A stretch of 62,255 nt of DNA from a bacterium (GTDB lineage: Bacteria > Chloroflexota > Dormibacteria > Aeolococcales > Bog-877), in the NCBI GenBank assembly GCA_021802045.1, contig JAKABB010000004.1:1-62255 (forward strand), written 5' to 3'. Positions 47,529 through 56,805 of the stretch are shown here, one piece after another. The notes under the pieces were generated by a model. That model made no database searches, was not told the origin of the DNA, and saw only the letters and a list, made by a program, of their open reading frames with translations. Each line of letters starts with the position of its first letter. The first letter of the stretch is position 1. The translations under genes were made by a program, and so were the position numbers.

Positions 47529-48806
47529 CTACCCGGCGCTGACCGCCGGGGCCCGGTCCGCCGGCCGGTGGGTGCCCGGGAGCAGCCAGGCCGCCAGCAG
47601 GGCCGCCAGCGCTGCCACCGTGGCGGCAGCCCCCAGGGCACCTACCAGCGAGGTGGCCACGATCATGCCCCCGATGCCGGCCCCGATCGGCGTCCCGGCG
47701 TAGTTGAGACTCATGGAGACCGCGAACGCCCGCCCGTACCAGGCCGGGTCGGTTCGTCGCTGCCGCATCGAGAACATCGCGGTCGTGAGGGGCCCGTCGG
47801 CGCCACCGACGACCACCAGCCCCAGCGCCGCCAGCAGGAGGGCACCGGTCCGCCCAGCGCCCAGCTCCCCCGCGGGGGTGGCGGCCAGCAGGACCGCCCC
47901 CAGGCCCAGGCCGCCGAGGGCGAGCATGCGCACGATCACCCGCCGCTCGCGAGCGTGGGTGCCGCGGTGCCCCGCGACCAAGCCGGCGCCGACCCCGGCC
48001 ATCCCGCCGAGGGCCCACAGCAGGCCCACCATCGCCGGGCCGTCGTGGAGCCGGTGCAGGATCAGCACCGGTAGCCCGACCGTGAGGATGCCCCATCCGA
48101 TCCCGGAGATCGAGAGGGCGATGGCCAGGCTGCGCAGGGTGGGGTGGGCCAGGACGTAGCGCAGTCCGGCAGCGGCCTCATGGAGCAGGGGCCCGGCGGC
48201 GGCCGGCGCTCCCTCCGGGACCCGGGATCCCCCCAGGAGCGCGGCGGCGGCGGCATAGGCGGTGGCCACCAGCAGGAGGGTGCCCCGGGCGCCGACGGTG
48301 GCCACCAGCCCCCCGGCCAGCGCGGGGCCGAGGATCGCGGACGCGGTGAGGCTGGCGCTGTCGAGGGCGTTGGCGCGGTCCCAGCCGGCGCGGGGGACGA
48401 CGGCGGGCCAGACCGCCCTGGCCCCGGCGCCGCTGAGCGGGTAGGTGAGGCTGCTGATGGCCACCAGGGCCAGCATCAGCCAGGGGGTGAGCACCCCGGC
48501 CAGGGCGCACCCGCCGATGACCGCCAGGCCCACAGCGGCCACGCAGTAGTCGGCCAGGATCAGGCGGACCCGGCCGTGGCGATCGAGAAGGGTGCCCGCC
48601 ACCGGGCTGAGGAGCTGGCCCGGGAGGATGGCGAGGACGCTGAGACCGGCGATCTGCGGGGAGCGGAACACCGTCAGGGAGAAGAGCACCAGGGCCACGG
48701 TCTGCATCTGGCCGCCGGTCCGGGCCAGAAGGAAGCTGGCGGAGATGCGTCGGAAGCCGGGCAAGGCCATGACGGCCCGGTAGGAGAGGTGCGGTCCGGA
48801 CGACAT
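47529..48806 (-). CDS. MFS transporter
   Basis: 425 aa, about 12 hydrophobic helices, with the LLDRHGR loop between TM2 and TM3. Confidence 0.8.
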   Translation of the reverse strand: MSSGPHLSYRAVMALPGFRRISASFLLARTGGQMQTVALVLFSLTVFRSPQIAGLSVLAILPGQLLSPVAGTLLDRHGRVRLILADYCVAAVGLAVIGGCALAGVLTPWLMLALVAISSLTYPLSGAGARAVWPAVVPRAGWDRANALDSASLTASAILGPALAGGLVATVGARGTLLLVATAYAAAAALLGGSRVPEGAPAAAGPLLHEAAAGLRYVLAHPTLRSLAIALSISGIGWGILTVGLPVLILHRLHDGPAMVGLLWALGGMAGVGAGLVAGHRGTHARERRVIVRMLALGGLGLGAVLLAATPAGELGAGRTGALLLAALGLVVVGGADGPLTTAMFSMRQRRTDPAWYGRAFAVSMSLNYAGTPIGAGIGGMIVATSLVGALGAAATVAALAALLAAWLLPGTHRPADRAPAVSAG

Positions 48807-48916
48807 CGGCCCAGCCTACTGGGGGGACCGGCCACCGCCCGGCTCGCCGCCGCCTCCCTATGATCCGCGCGGGGTGTCCCCGGTGAGGCCGGGGCGTGCC
48901 CGTCAGGAGGTGGTGC

Positions 48917-50185
48917 ATGGCCGTGGTCGACCTCTCCAACCTGGTGGAGGACCTCCGCCGAGAGCTGGCGACCAGGGTCGCCGGGCGTCGGCGCGGCCAC
49001 CGGCTGGGCATGGTCCTGGAGGCGGGTAACGCCGCCGGCGGCTCGTTCGCCCGCGCCCTCGACCGGGAGGCTGCGGCCGCCGGGATCGCGGTCGACCGCC
49101 GCGAGGTCACCGGCGCCGACCCGGAGGCCACTCTGCTGGCCCTGGACGCTCTGGTGGTCGATCCCACCGTCGACGGGGTGGTCGTCATGCAGCCGGTGAG
49201 CTCCCTCTCCCCGGCAGCGATCGCCGCTCACCTGCCGGCCAGCAAGGACGTGGAGGCGATCACCCCGACCGCGCGGGCCCAGGCCGCGGACGGGCTCCAC
49301 CGGGGCACGCCGGTGGCCGAGGCCTGTCTGGCGGTCCTGGAGCACCTGGGGATCGACTGCGCCCGCAGCCGGATCTTGATCGTCGGCCACGGGCCGTCCG
49401 GCGGGCGGCCGATCACCCAGCGGCTGCTGGCCGCTGGGGCCCAGGTCTGTGTCGTCCAGCAGGACATCGCCGGGGTGGTGCCGGTGCCGCCGTACGACGT
49501 GCTGGTGACCGCCGTGGGCCAGGCGGGCGTCATCCCGCCGGAGGTCGTGCTCCCCGGGGCGACGGTCCTGGACGTCGGGACGGCGTTCGTGGAGGGCCGC
49601 CTGGTGGGGGACGTGGGCCCCGAGGCGGCCGCCCGTGCCGCCCGGGTCACCCCGGTGCCCGGGGGTGTGGGGCGGATCACCGCGATCTGCGCCCTGCTGT
49701 CGCTGACCGAGCTGGAGGGGCGGGTGCCGGGGCCGGTTGCGTCCTGGTCCCTGCTGGAGGCGGCGGCCCGGGTGCTGGCCCCGCGGGACCCGGCCGGGGG
49801 CGCGGCGGTGACCGCCATCACCGGGGCTCTGGGGGCTGCCCTCGACGGACTGTGCCGGCTGCGCGGGTCGCCGCAGGCGATCGCCGAGTCCGGTGGCCTG
49901 GCGGCCCGCCTGCTGCTGGCCGCCGACCGGGACCGGGACGCCTTCGGAGCCTACCAGCGGGCCGTGCGAGCCGGCGACCCGGAGACGATCGCCACCGCCC
50001 GGGCCGCCGCGCTCGCCGTTCCCGGTGAGATCGCGGCGGCGCTGGGCGAGCTCGTCGAGCGGCTGGCCGTCCTGCAGACCTCACCGGCGCTGGACCTGGA
50101 CCGGACCCTGGCGCTGCAGGTGACGGAGGCCGCCCGGTCGGCGGTCCTGCGCCTCCAGCGTGAGTTCGCCAGCCAGGAGGGTTGA
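48917..50185 (+). CDS. FolD-like methylene-THF dehydrogenase domain fused to an FTCD-C (cyclodeaminase/methenyl-THF cyclohydrolase) domain
   Basis: GGAGG lies before ATG 48917. The N-terminal 280 aa follows FolD architecture (KDVEAITP, IVGHGPSGGRPI, VTPVPGGVGRIT). The C-terminal 140 aa matches the FTCD_C pattern (PAGGAAVTAITGALGAAL ... DRDRDAFGAY). Confidence 0.7.
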   Translation: MAVVDLSNLVEDLRRELATRVAGRRRGHRLGMVLEAGNAAGGSFARALDREAAAAGIAVDRREVTGADPEATLLALDALVVDPTVDGVVVMQPVSSLSPAAIAAHLPASKDVEAITPTARAQAADGLHRGTPVAEACLAVLEHLGIDCARSRILIVGHGPSGGRPITQRLLAAGAQVCVVQQDIAGVVPVPPYDVLVTAVGQAGVIPPEVVLPGATVLDVGTAFVEGRLVGDVGPEAAARAARVTPVPGGVGRITAICALLSLTELEGRVPGPVASWSLLEAAARVLAPRDPAGGAAVTAITGALGAALDGLCRLRGSPQAIAESGGLAARLLLAADRDRDAFGAYQRAVRAGDPETIATARAAALAVPGEIAAALGELVERLAVLQTSPALDLDRTLALQVTEAARSAVLRLQREFASQEG

Positions 50186-50273
50186 GCGGCTCGGGACAGG
50201 GCCGGGGGCCAGCCCGTGAAGGTGGGGCACCTCCCCGCTATCCTCAGCGCACCCAGTCCACCGGAGGAGCGCT

Positions 50274-50615
50274 ATGCGCGACGACTGCCTCTTCTGCCGC
50301 ATCGTCGACGGGCACCTGCCCGCCGACGTGGTGCATCGCGAGGACGGCATCGTGGTCTTCCGGGACATCAACCCGGTGGCGGAGACCCACGTCCTGGTCG
50401 TGCCAGAGGAGCACATCGCCGACCTGCGCGAGCTGGAGCCGTCCCAGGCCGACCTCTGGATGCGGCTGACCCGGGTGGCGACCGCGGTGGCCACCCGGCT
50501 CGGGCACGAGGCCGGCTACCGCTTCTACGTCAGCGCCGGGCCGGGTGGGGGGCAGACCGTGCCCCACCTGCACATCCACGTCCTGGGCGGCCGGATGAAG
50601 CGCTTCCCCCAGTAG
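50274..50615 (+). CDS. HIT-family (histidine triad) protein
   Basis: CLFCRIV, and the histidine triad HLHIHVLGG. Confidence 0.9.
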   Translation: MRDDCLFCRIVDGHLPADVVHREDGIVVFRDINPVAETHVLVVPEEHIADLRELEPSQADLWMRLTRVATAVATRLGHEAGYRFYVSAGPGGGQTVPHLHIHVLGGRMKRFPQ

Positions 50616-50637
50616 CGGGTCCGCCGCCGCCGCCCGC

Positions 50638-52128
50638 TCAGGCGAACCCCGGTGGGGGCTCGAACCCGCCGAGTTCATCGGCCAGCAGGGCGGCGAGGGT
50701 GATGGTGGTGCGGTCCTCGAGGTACGGGCCGATGGCCTCCAGACCGATCGGGAGACCCGTCGCCGTCCGTCCGGCCGGGAACTCGGTGGCCGGCTGACCG
50801 CTGAGGGCTGCCAGGCCGGGCAGCACCTCCAGGTACGCGTACGGGAGGGTCGGACCCGCTCCGCGGTCCAGGGTGAGGGTGCGGGCGGGGAAAGGGAGTC
50901 CCGCGTCGATGTGGGGGAAGGCCGGGGTGATCGGGCTGGGCGAGAGCAGGACGTCCCAGTCGCGAAAGAACGCCCGCCACTGGCCCCGCTGGCGCTCGCG
51001 CCGGTGGTGGAGCCCGACCAGCTGGCGGGCGGAGGCCAGGATGCCGGCGGCCCGCGCGGCGCCCACGGGCGCCGGGGTCCGGCGCATGGCAGCCGCCACC
51101 CCCTCCCGCCGGGGGTCGGCGAGGTCGGCGAACATCATCACCCCGATCAGTTGGCTGTACAGCTCCTCGTGCCGGCGCAGGTCGAAGCCCTCCGGGAGGG
51201 CGAAGGCGACCCGGGCCCCGGCCCGTCGGAGCACGGCCGCGACCCGGTCCTGGGCCGCGCGGACCTCGGCGTCGACCGGCAGCCAGTCCACCTCGGGCAC
51301 CAGGGCGACGCGGAAGTCGCGCAGCCGGTGGTGGCGGGCCGGGGGCAGGTCGAGGCGCCAGGCCGTGGCCTCGCCGGCCACCGGCCCGCCGATGACATCG
51401 AGGGCGAGGGCCAGGTCGCGGGCGTCTCGGGCGAGCGGCCCCAGGACTCCCATCACCACCGCCGGGTTGGGCAGCGCCGTTCCCGGGACGTGGCCGTGGC
51501 GAGGCGCCAGGGTCTCGCTGGGCCGGTGGCCGTACACCCCGCAGAAGGCGGCCGGGACGCGAATCGACCCCCCGATGTCGCTGCCGAACTCCATGGCGCT
51601 GAGCCCTGTGGCCAGCGCGGCCGCCCCGCCCCCGGTGCTCCCGCCGGGAGTGCGGGCGGAATCCCAGGGGTTGAGGGTCCGGCCGAAGAGCGGGTTGTCG
51701 GTCTGCCAGTCGGAGGTGTGCGTCGGGACGTTGGTCTTGCCCAGGAGCACCGCGCCGGCCTGCAGCACCGCCGCCGCCAGCGGGCTGTCCCGCTCGGCGC
51801 GCGCCCGGGCCCGCGCCGGTACCCCGGAGGTAGTGGGCAGGCCGGCGACGTCGATGGCATCCTTGATGGTGACGGGGAGTCCTTGGAGCAATCCCGGGAC
51901 CGCCCCACGGGCCCGGGCGGCGTCGGCCCGGCGCGCCGCCTCCCGGGCGGACTCCAAGTTGGGGGTGACAATGGCGTTGAGGGCCGGGTTGTACCGGGCG
52001 ATCCGCTCCAGGTGCAGGGCCAAGAGCTCCTCGGCGCCGATCTCGCCGGCGGCCAGCGCCCGCAGCTGGACATGGGCTGGGCGGAGCGGGAGGGGCCGGT
52101 CCGCCGCCCCGGACGTTCCACCTCCCAT
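50638..52128 (-). CDS. amidase-signature family amidase
   Basis: GGSTGGGAAALATG...GSDIGGSIRVPAAFCG signature. 496 aa. Confidence 0.85.
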   Translation of the reverse strand: MGGGTSGAADRPLPLRPAHVQLRALAAGEIGAEELLALHLERIARYNPALNAIVTPNLESAREAARRADAARARGAVPGLLQGLPVTIKDAIDVAGLPTTSGVPARARARAERDSPLAAAVLQAGAVLLGKTNVPTHTSDWQTDNPLFGRTLNPWDSARTPGGSTGGGAAALATGLSAMEFGSDIGGSIRVPAAFCGVYGHRPSETLAPRHGHVPGTALPNPAVVMGVLGPLARDARDLALALDVIGGPVAGEATAWRLDLPPARHHRLRDFRVALVPEVDWLPVDAEVRAAQDRVAAVLRRAGARVAFALPEGFDLRRHEELYSQLIGVMMFADLADPRREGVAAAMRRTPAPVGAARAAGILASARQLVGLHHRRERQRGQWRAFFRDWDVLLSPSPITPAFPHIDAGLPFPARTLTLDRGAGPTLPYAYLEVLPGLAALSGQPATEFPAGRTATGLPIGLEAIGPYLEDRTTITLAALLADELGGFEPPPGFA

Positions 52129-52269
52129 GGCGGGGGAGGATACCGGGCAGGCGGCCCCGGGGCGGTTCCCTGGGCTCAGGGACTGGGCAGGGGACGGCCC
52201 GAGGGGGTATTGTTGACCGAGACAGTCTGCTTTGACGGCAGTGGGCGGGGAGTGACAGGGGTAGTGGGC

Positions 52270-53523
52270 ATGGCGAGCAGTTCTCGGGACCTAGTCAGCC
52301 GCGCTCGGGGCGTGATCCCCGAGGTGACGGCCCAGCAGGTCAAGGAGCGGATGGACCGCGGGGCGCTCGGGGTCCTGGTCGACGTGCGCGAGCAGGTCGA
52401 GGTCGACCAGGGGCAGATCCCCGGGGCGGTGCACGTACCGCGAGGCTTCCTCGAGTTCCAGATCGAAGAGCAGATCGCCGACCAGAGCACACCGATCACG
52501 CTCTACTGCGCCGGCGGGGTCCGCTCACTGCTGGCGGCCGAGACCCTGCGCCAGATGGGGTATTCACGGGTGGAGTCGATGGCCGGTGGCTTCAACGCGT
52601 GGAAGGATGCCGGCTACGGCTTCAGTCGGCCCCGGGCCTACACCGTCGAGCAGCGGGAGCGGTACAGCCGACACTTCCTCCTGCCAGAGGTCGGGGAGAG
52701 CGGCCAGGCCAAGCTGCTCGACAGCCGGGTCCTGCTGATCGGGGCCGGTGGGTTGGGCGCGCCAACGGCCCTCTACCTGGCCGCGGCCGGGGTGGGAACG
52801 ATCGGGCTGGTGGACTTCGACGTTGTCGATCGGAGCAACCTCCAGCGCCAGATCATCCACACCGAGGAGCGGATCGGGATGCTGAAGACCGAGTCCGCCG
52901 CCGTCGCCATCCGGGCCCTCAACCCGGACGTCGCGGTGGTGCAGCACAACGTGCACCTGGACAGCGGGAACGCCGCGGACCTCTTCTCCCAGTACGACAT
53001 CATCGTCAACGGCTGCGACAACTTCCCCACCCGCTACCTCGCCAACGACGTGGCGCTCTTCCTGCGCAAGCCCCTGGTCGACGGTGGCATCTTCCGCTTC
53101 GAGGGCCAGGCCACCACCATCCTGCCCTTCGAGTCCCCCTGCTACCGCTGCCGCTACCCGGCGCCTCCGCCACCCGAGGAGGCGCCCAGTTGCGCCGAGG
53201 CCGGGGTTCTGGGCGTGCTTCCGGGCCTGGTCGGCCTGGTCCAGGCCACTGAGGTGGTGAAGCTGGTCCTGGGGGTGGGCGAGCCGCTGAGTGGTCGCCT
53301 CCTGCACGTGGACGCCCTGTCCATGGAGTTCCGCGAGTTCAAGGTCCGCCGGGACCCGAACTGCCCGGTCTGCGGTGAGCGTCCGACCATCACGGAGCCC
53401 ATCGACTACGAGGGGTTCTGCCTCAACCCCAATCTGCCGGTGATCGTGGCCCAGGCCGCGATCGACCAGGGGCAGGCCGGGTCGGCCCGCGACCAGTCGT
53501 CGGTCTCCGCCGCTGCCCACTGA
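52270..53523 (+). CDS. MoeB/ThiF-family adenylyltransferase with an N-terminal rhodanese domain
   Basis: The real gene is the last 417 aa of ORF 50911..53523. Rhodanese active loop LYCAGGVRS. ThiF motifs YSRHFLLPEVG, LLIGAGGLGAP, VDFDVVDRSNLQRQ. Zinc cysteines CYRC...CPVCG. Confidence 0.85.
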   Translation: MASSSRDLVSRARGVIPEVTAQQVKERMDRGALGVLVDVREQVEVDQGQIPGAVHVPRGFLEFQIEEQIADQSTPITLYCAGGVRSLLAAETLRQMGYSRVESMAGGFNAWKDAGYGFSRPRAYTVEQRERYSRHFLLPEVGESGQAKLLDSRVLLIGAGGLGAPTALYLAAAGVGTIGLVDFDVVDRSNLQRQIIHTEERIGMLKTESAAVAIRALNPDVAVVQHNVHLDSGNAADLFSQYDIIVNGCDNFPTRYLANDVALFLRKPLVDGGIFRFEGQATTILPFESPCYRCRYPAPPPPEEAPSCAEAGVLGVLPGLVGLVQATEVVKLVLGVGEPLSGRLLHVDALSMEFREFKVRRDPNCPVCGERPTITEPIDYEGFCLNPNLPVIVAQAAIDQGQAGSARDQSSVSAAAH

Positions 53524-53771
53524 GGCGCTCGGCGGGAACGGCCGGCCCGGGCACCGCTCCTGGACCGGCGGGTCCCCCGCGTCATCCGCTCCGGCCGGTC
53601 CGCGGTGATGGGCCTGCGCCCGTGGCGTCGGACCGCGCCCGGCGCGGGGACTGTCCTGCTCGCCCCTCGCCGTCGACAGGCTCCGCCGTCCCTGTGTCCG
53701 GCCGCCCGCCGGCCGGCGGCTCAGGCATCCGCGAACCTGGCTCCGGCGTCGGCCGAGCTTGGGTCGGTCTC

Positions 53772-54239
53772 GTGACGACCGCCGAGCTGTCGCCCCGGCT
53801 GGACCTTGGCGACTGGGCGGGGATCGCCGCCTCCACCCTCCTGCTGGCCACCTTCTTCCTCCCCTGGTACGGGATCTCCGTCGGGGCGGCGACGTTCACG
53901 GTCAACGGCTTTCGCAGCTGGGGCTGGCTGACCTTCGCGGCGCTGCTGGTGGTGGTGGCCCTGTTCCTCTTGGACCTGCGGCCCGGACCGGGCCTGCCGC
54001 GCCTGACCAGACTCGGGGGTCGGAGGGGGGTGCTGGTGGTTGGAGGCGCGGTGGAAGCCATGGGGGCCATCCTCTTCCTCCTCACCGCCACCAGCGGATC
54101 GGTGCTCGGGTTGTCGATCGGTCCCCGCTTCGGGGTCTTCGTCGCCCTGGTGGCCGCCGCCGTCACCATGATGGCGGGGTTCCTGAAGGGGCGAGGAACC
54201 CGCGGGTCGGCCTCCGGCCCTCTGCCTCCCGGACCCTGA
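53772..54239 (+). CDS. integral membrane protein (hypothetical)
   Basis: Four hydrophobic helices (WAGIAASTLLLATFFLPWY, WGWLTFAALLVVVALFLL, and others). GTG 53772 is chosen; the upstream part of ORF 53622..54239 is Arg/Pro-rich. Confidence 0.55.
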   Translation: MTTAELSPRLDLGDWAGIAASTLLLATFFLPWYGISVGAATFTVNGFRSWGWLTFAALLVVVALFLLDLRPGPGLPRLTRLGGRRGVLVVGGAVEAMGAILFLLTATSGSVLGLSIGPRFGVFVALVAAAVTMMAGFLKGRGTRGSASGPLPPGP

Positions 54240-54272
54240 AGTGGTCGGGGTGTGGCGCGTGCCCGTCCAGGG

Positions 54273-54278
54273 TAGACT
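54273..54278 (+). promoter_or_regulatory. -10-like TAGACT positioned for a leaderless transcript of 54285..54503
   Basis: TAGACT ends 6 nt before GTG 54285. The same hexamer occurs at 59821 upstream of rpsF. Confidence 0.3.
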
Positions 54279-54284
54279 GAACCG

Positions 54285-54503
54285 GTGAAGGCCGCATCCA
54301 CGGTTACCATCGACGACCTGATGGTCGCCATCGAGACTGCGCGGGACAAGGTCATGGCGGACGAGGTCCGGTCCCTTGTCAAGTTCGGGATTCCCCGGGC
54401 AATGGCCCACCAGATGGTGGCGGCGCGCTACCAGCAGAAGGTTGTCGTGGAAGAGGGCGAGGCGGTCGAGGGCGAGGCCGCACCCTGGCCGGACATCAGC
54501 TGA
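54285..54503 (+). CDS. 72-aa helical protein, unknown function
   Basis: ORF with a GTG start. No family recognised. First gene of the lower-GC cassette. Confidence 0.45.
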   Translation: MKAASTVTIDDLMVAIETARDKVMADEVRSLVKFGIPRAMAHQMVAARYQQKVVVEEGEAVEGEAAPWPDIS

Positions 54504-54590
54504 GCGGGTAGAGGTCGGCGTATCTGGCCGGCTGGCCAGGACGCTACTCCCCGGGCGACCCTCTGGAGCCGGGAGCCGTCGCGTGCGACA

Positions 54591-55745
54591 GTGGAGCGGC
54601 ATGAGCCGCGCCCCAGCGCAGGCGTGCCGTCGGACCCAGAGAGCGTGGACAGCGCTCAACGCCCCGCCCGTTACCGCAGCAGTCAGGCCTACGCGGGGCT
54701 CTTCACCTACCGGACTCTGCGCGTGGACCCCGAGCAGTTTCTTGTCGACCAGTTCGGTGTTGAGGTTCGGGTCGCGTCGCGATCGGGGAGTGAGTGGGCG
54801 GAGCGTGTGCAGGTGGTGTGTGCCGAGATCGACGCGCTTCCCCTGCAGGCCAAGGACGTGATCCGGCACGGCATTGACGAGATTCGCATTCAAGGGGACG
54901 AGTCGTTCGTCCCCGGCACCACCGGCACATGGAGCGCGGGCATCTTGCGCATCAATGCCGAGGCGCCCAGCCTGTTCCGCTCGCCGTGTCCCGAGGGGGT
55001 TGCCCGGACCAGGTCGACCGTCCTGCGGAGCACGATCCTCCACGAATGCGGCCACGCGCTGGTGGAGGATCCGCGGGTTGGGCTATTGCTGCGGGACTAT
55101 GTTCGGCTGGTCGCTGCCGCCGGGTGGTTGCCGGACCCCCGAAAGGATCCGCTGGCGTACGGCCCCTGCGGAGACAGCCTCGACACGCTGACCGATCACT
55201 ACGTCAGCGCCCTCCGAGAGATCGACAGCCGTTGGGAGCCGGATCGCTCGGTCGGTGCCATCGAGGGCCCAGGCACGTTCCAGTTGGATCGGGACATGAT
55301 GGCGGTGCCTCCGCCCGGACCGCGGCCGGAGCTGCCGGGGCGACCGTCCCTGGGACTTCGGGCGCCGCGCGATCTTGCTCGAGCTCTGGCCACGGATGGT
55401 GAACGGGGCCTCCTGTCCGGAGGCCTCGAGGACTGCGGCATCTCCCTGGCGACGGTGGATCGGGCCATCAACCGGCGCCCGGCACCCTCCGTCTACGCCC
55501 AAGAGGGGGTCGCGGAAACGCCCGCCGAGCTCTTCCGCTGCCTTCACCAACGGACCCCTGGCGACCGCGTCTGGTCAGAGGCCATGCGGGAGGCCCGCCG
55601 CTGCCTGCTCGATCCCTGGCGGAAGGCGGAGCGCCTTGGACCACCCCGGGCCCTGGCGCCCGGCATCCTCGTTGTCAGCCCGCGCGGCTTCCGGCCGCGG
55701 AGTGATTCGCTCCGGCGGCGGCGCGCATCCAGGGGCAGGGAATGA
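54591..55745 (+). CDS. HExxH (zincin-like) protein, unknown family
   Basis: 384-aa ORF. HECGH lies at 55041-55055 within TVLRSTILHECGHALVEDP. No signal peptide at the annotated start; the start is uncertain. Confidence 0.6.
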   Translation: MERHEPRPSAGVPSDPESVDSAQRPARYRSSQAYAGLFTYRTLRVDPEQFLVDQFGVEVRVASRSGSEWAERVQVVCAEIDALPLQAKDVIRHGIDEIRIQGDESFVPGTTGTWSAGILRINAEAPSLFRSPCPEGVARTRSTVLRSTILHECGHALVEDPRVGLLLRDYVRLVAAAGWLPDPRKDPLAYGPCGDSLDTLTDHYVSALREIDSRWEPDRSVGAIEGPGTFQLDRDMMAVPPPGPRPELPGRPSLGLRAPRDLARALATDGERGLLSGGLEDCGISLATVDRAINRRPAPSVYAQEGVAETPAELFRCLHQRTPGDRVWSEAMREARRCLLDPWRKAERLGPPRALAPGILVVSPRGFRPRSDSLRRRRASRGRE

Positions 55746-56029
55746 GCCTCCTCCGCCACGAACTCAGGGATCCTGACACCGGGTCGACGGTAGTGGTCGA
55801 GGAGGCCCCGCTCACCTTGTCCGGCGACGAACACTTGCGTGCCCAGGTCGCCGGTTACCTGATCGGGCCCGTCGAGGTGCTGGCTCCCGCCATTCCGGAA
55901 CACCCGTACGAGAGGGGGACGCGTGTCGAACTCCTGTGCCCCGATCAAGAGGGATGGCTCGACGCGTGTCTGGAACGAGCTGCGAGCGACCTCGGCCTTC
56001 AGCACCACCGGCGACTGACCAAGACGTAA
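55742..56029 (+). CDS. 95-aa acidic protein, translationally coupled to the HExxH gene
   Basis: ATGA overlap with the upstream stop. No family recognised. Confidence 0.5.
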   Translation: MSLLRHELRDPDTGSTVVVEEAPLTLSGDEHLRAQVAGYLIGPVEVLAPAIPEHPYERGTRVELLCPDQEGWLDACLERAASDLGLQHHRRLTKT

Positions 56030-56181
56030 TCCAGAGGGCCGTGGGTGGATGTCGTTGCCTTCTATCGTTCGGCCGGCTACGCTCCCTCTTGCTCTGCGCC
56101 GCTGGGAGCGATGCCGGGAGGATGGCCCGCACCACGCAGGGCCCTTGGGTGAGCGGGATGGCGCGAAACTGTGGGCTTGCC

Positions 56182-56805
56182 ATGACCAGCGGTCGGTTGT
56201 TGGCGCCACGGATGGCCTCAGTGCTACTGGTCGCGCTTGTATCGCCTGCGGTTGCCGCCGGATGCGGCGGCGGCGCGCCGATACGGATTCCCAAGCCCAC
56301 GGCGGCGCATGCCACTCCGCTCCCCACGCCAGTGCAGTTGGCGCCTGGTGTCGCGGTGTCCCCGAGGCAGCTGACGATCCCTCCGTACACGATCAGCGGT
56401 GCGCATCCGCCTCCCGCGGGAACGCCGGTGCGCACCGTCATGCTCAATCTCGTGGAGGACAACTATATTGAGAATATTGCGATAGAACGAGCCAACAAGA
56501 GTCTCCTGAAGTTTGCCGATGCGGGTGCACTCCTGAGCGCTGAGGCAGCCACGATAGCCAGCAATCAGAGCAAGGGAATACACGTCACTTCAATTGTGGA
56601 CCACATTGCGTCGGCGACTGTGGGATCACAGCAAGACCCCGGACTTCCCGGTACCACGCTGGCAGTAATTCTGAGCGGAACAGAGATAGCGGTTCACAAG
56701 GTTGGAGCGGCGGCGCCCGTCCAGCAGTCTTTGACATTCAATGTCATCGTATGGCTGCATGAATCCTCAGGGAAGTACTTGCTCGTGGATTTGGCCCGAG
56801 CATGA
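56182..56805 (+). CDS. lipoprotein, unknown function
   Basis: MTSGRLLAPRMASVLLVALVSPAVAAGCGG: a signal peptide with a lipobox. Lowest-GC stretch of the window, about 55% by eye. Confidence 0.6.
   Translation: MTSGRLLAPRMASVLLVALVSPAVAAGCGGGAPIRIPKPTAAHATPLPTPVQLAPGVAVSPRQLTIPPYTISGAHPPPAGTPVRTVMLNLVEDNYIENIAIERANKSLLKFADAGALLSAEAATIASNQSKGIHVTSIVDHIASATVGSQQDPGLPGTTLAVILSGTEIAVHKVGAAAPVQQSLTFNVIVWLHESSGKYLLVDLARA

Noticed and set aside
53131-53142. A 12-nt identity (TTCGAGTCCCCC) between the tRNA-Val T-arm and the moeB-like gene, considered as a possible att repeat delimiting an island from 53.1 to 57.9 kb.
   Set aside because: It lies inside a conserved coding motif (FESPCYRC) of an intact gene. 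The match is short and GC-rich. The compositional shift begins only at about 54.24 kb.
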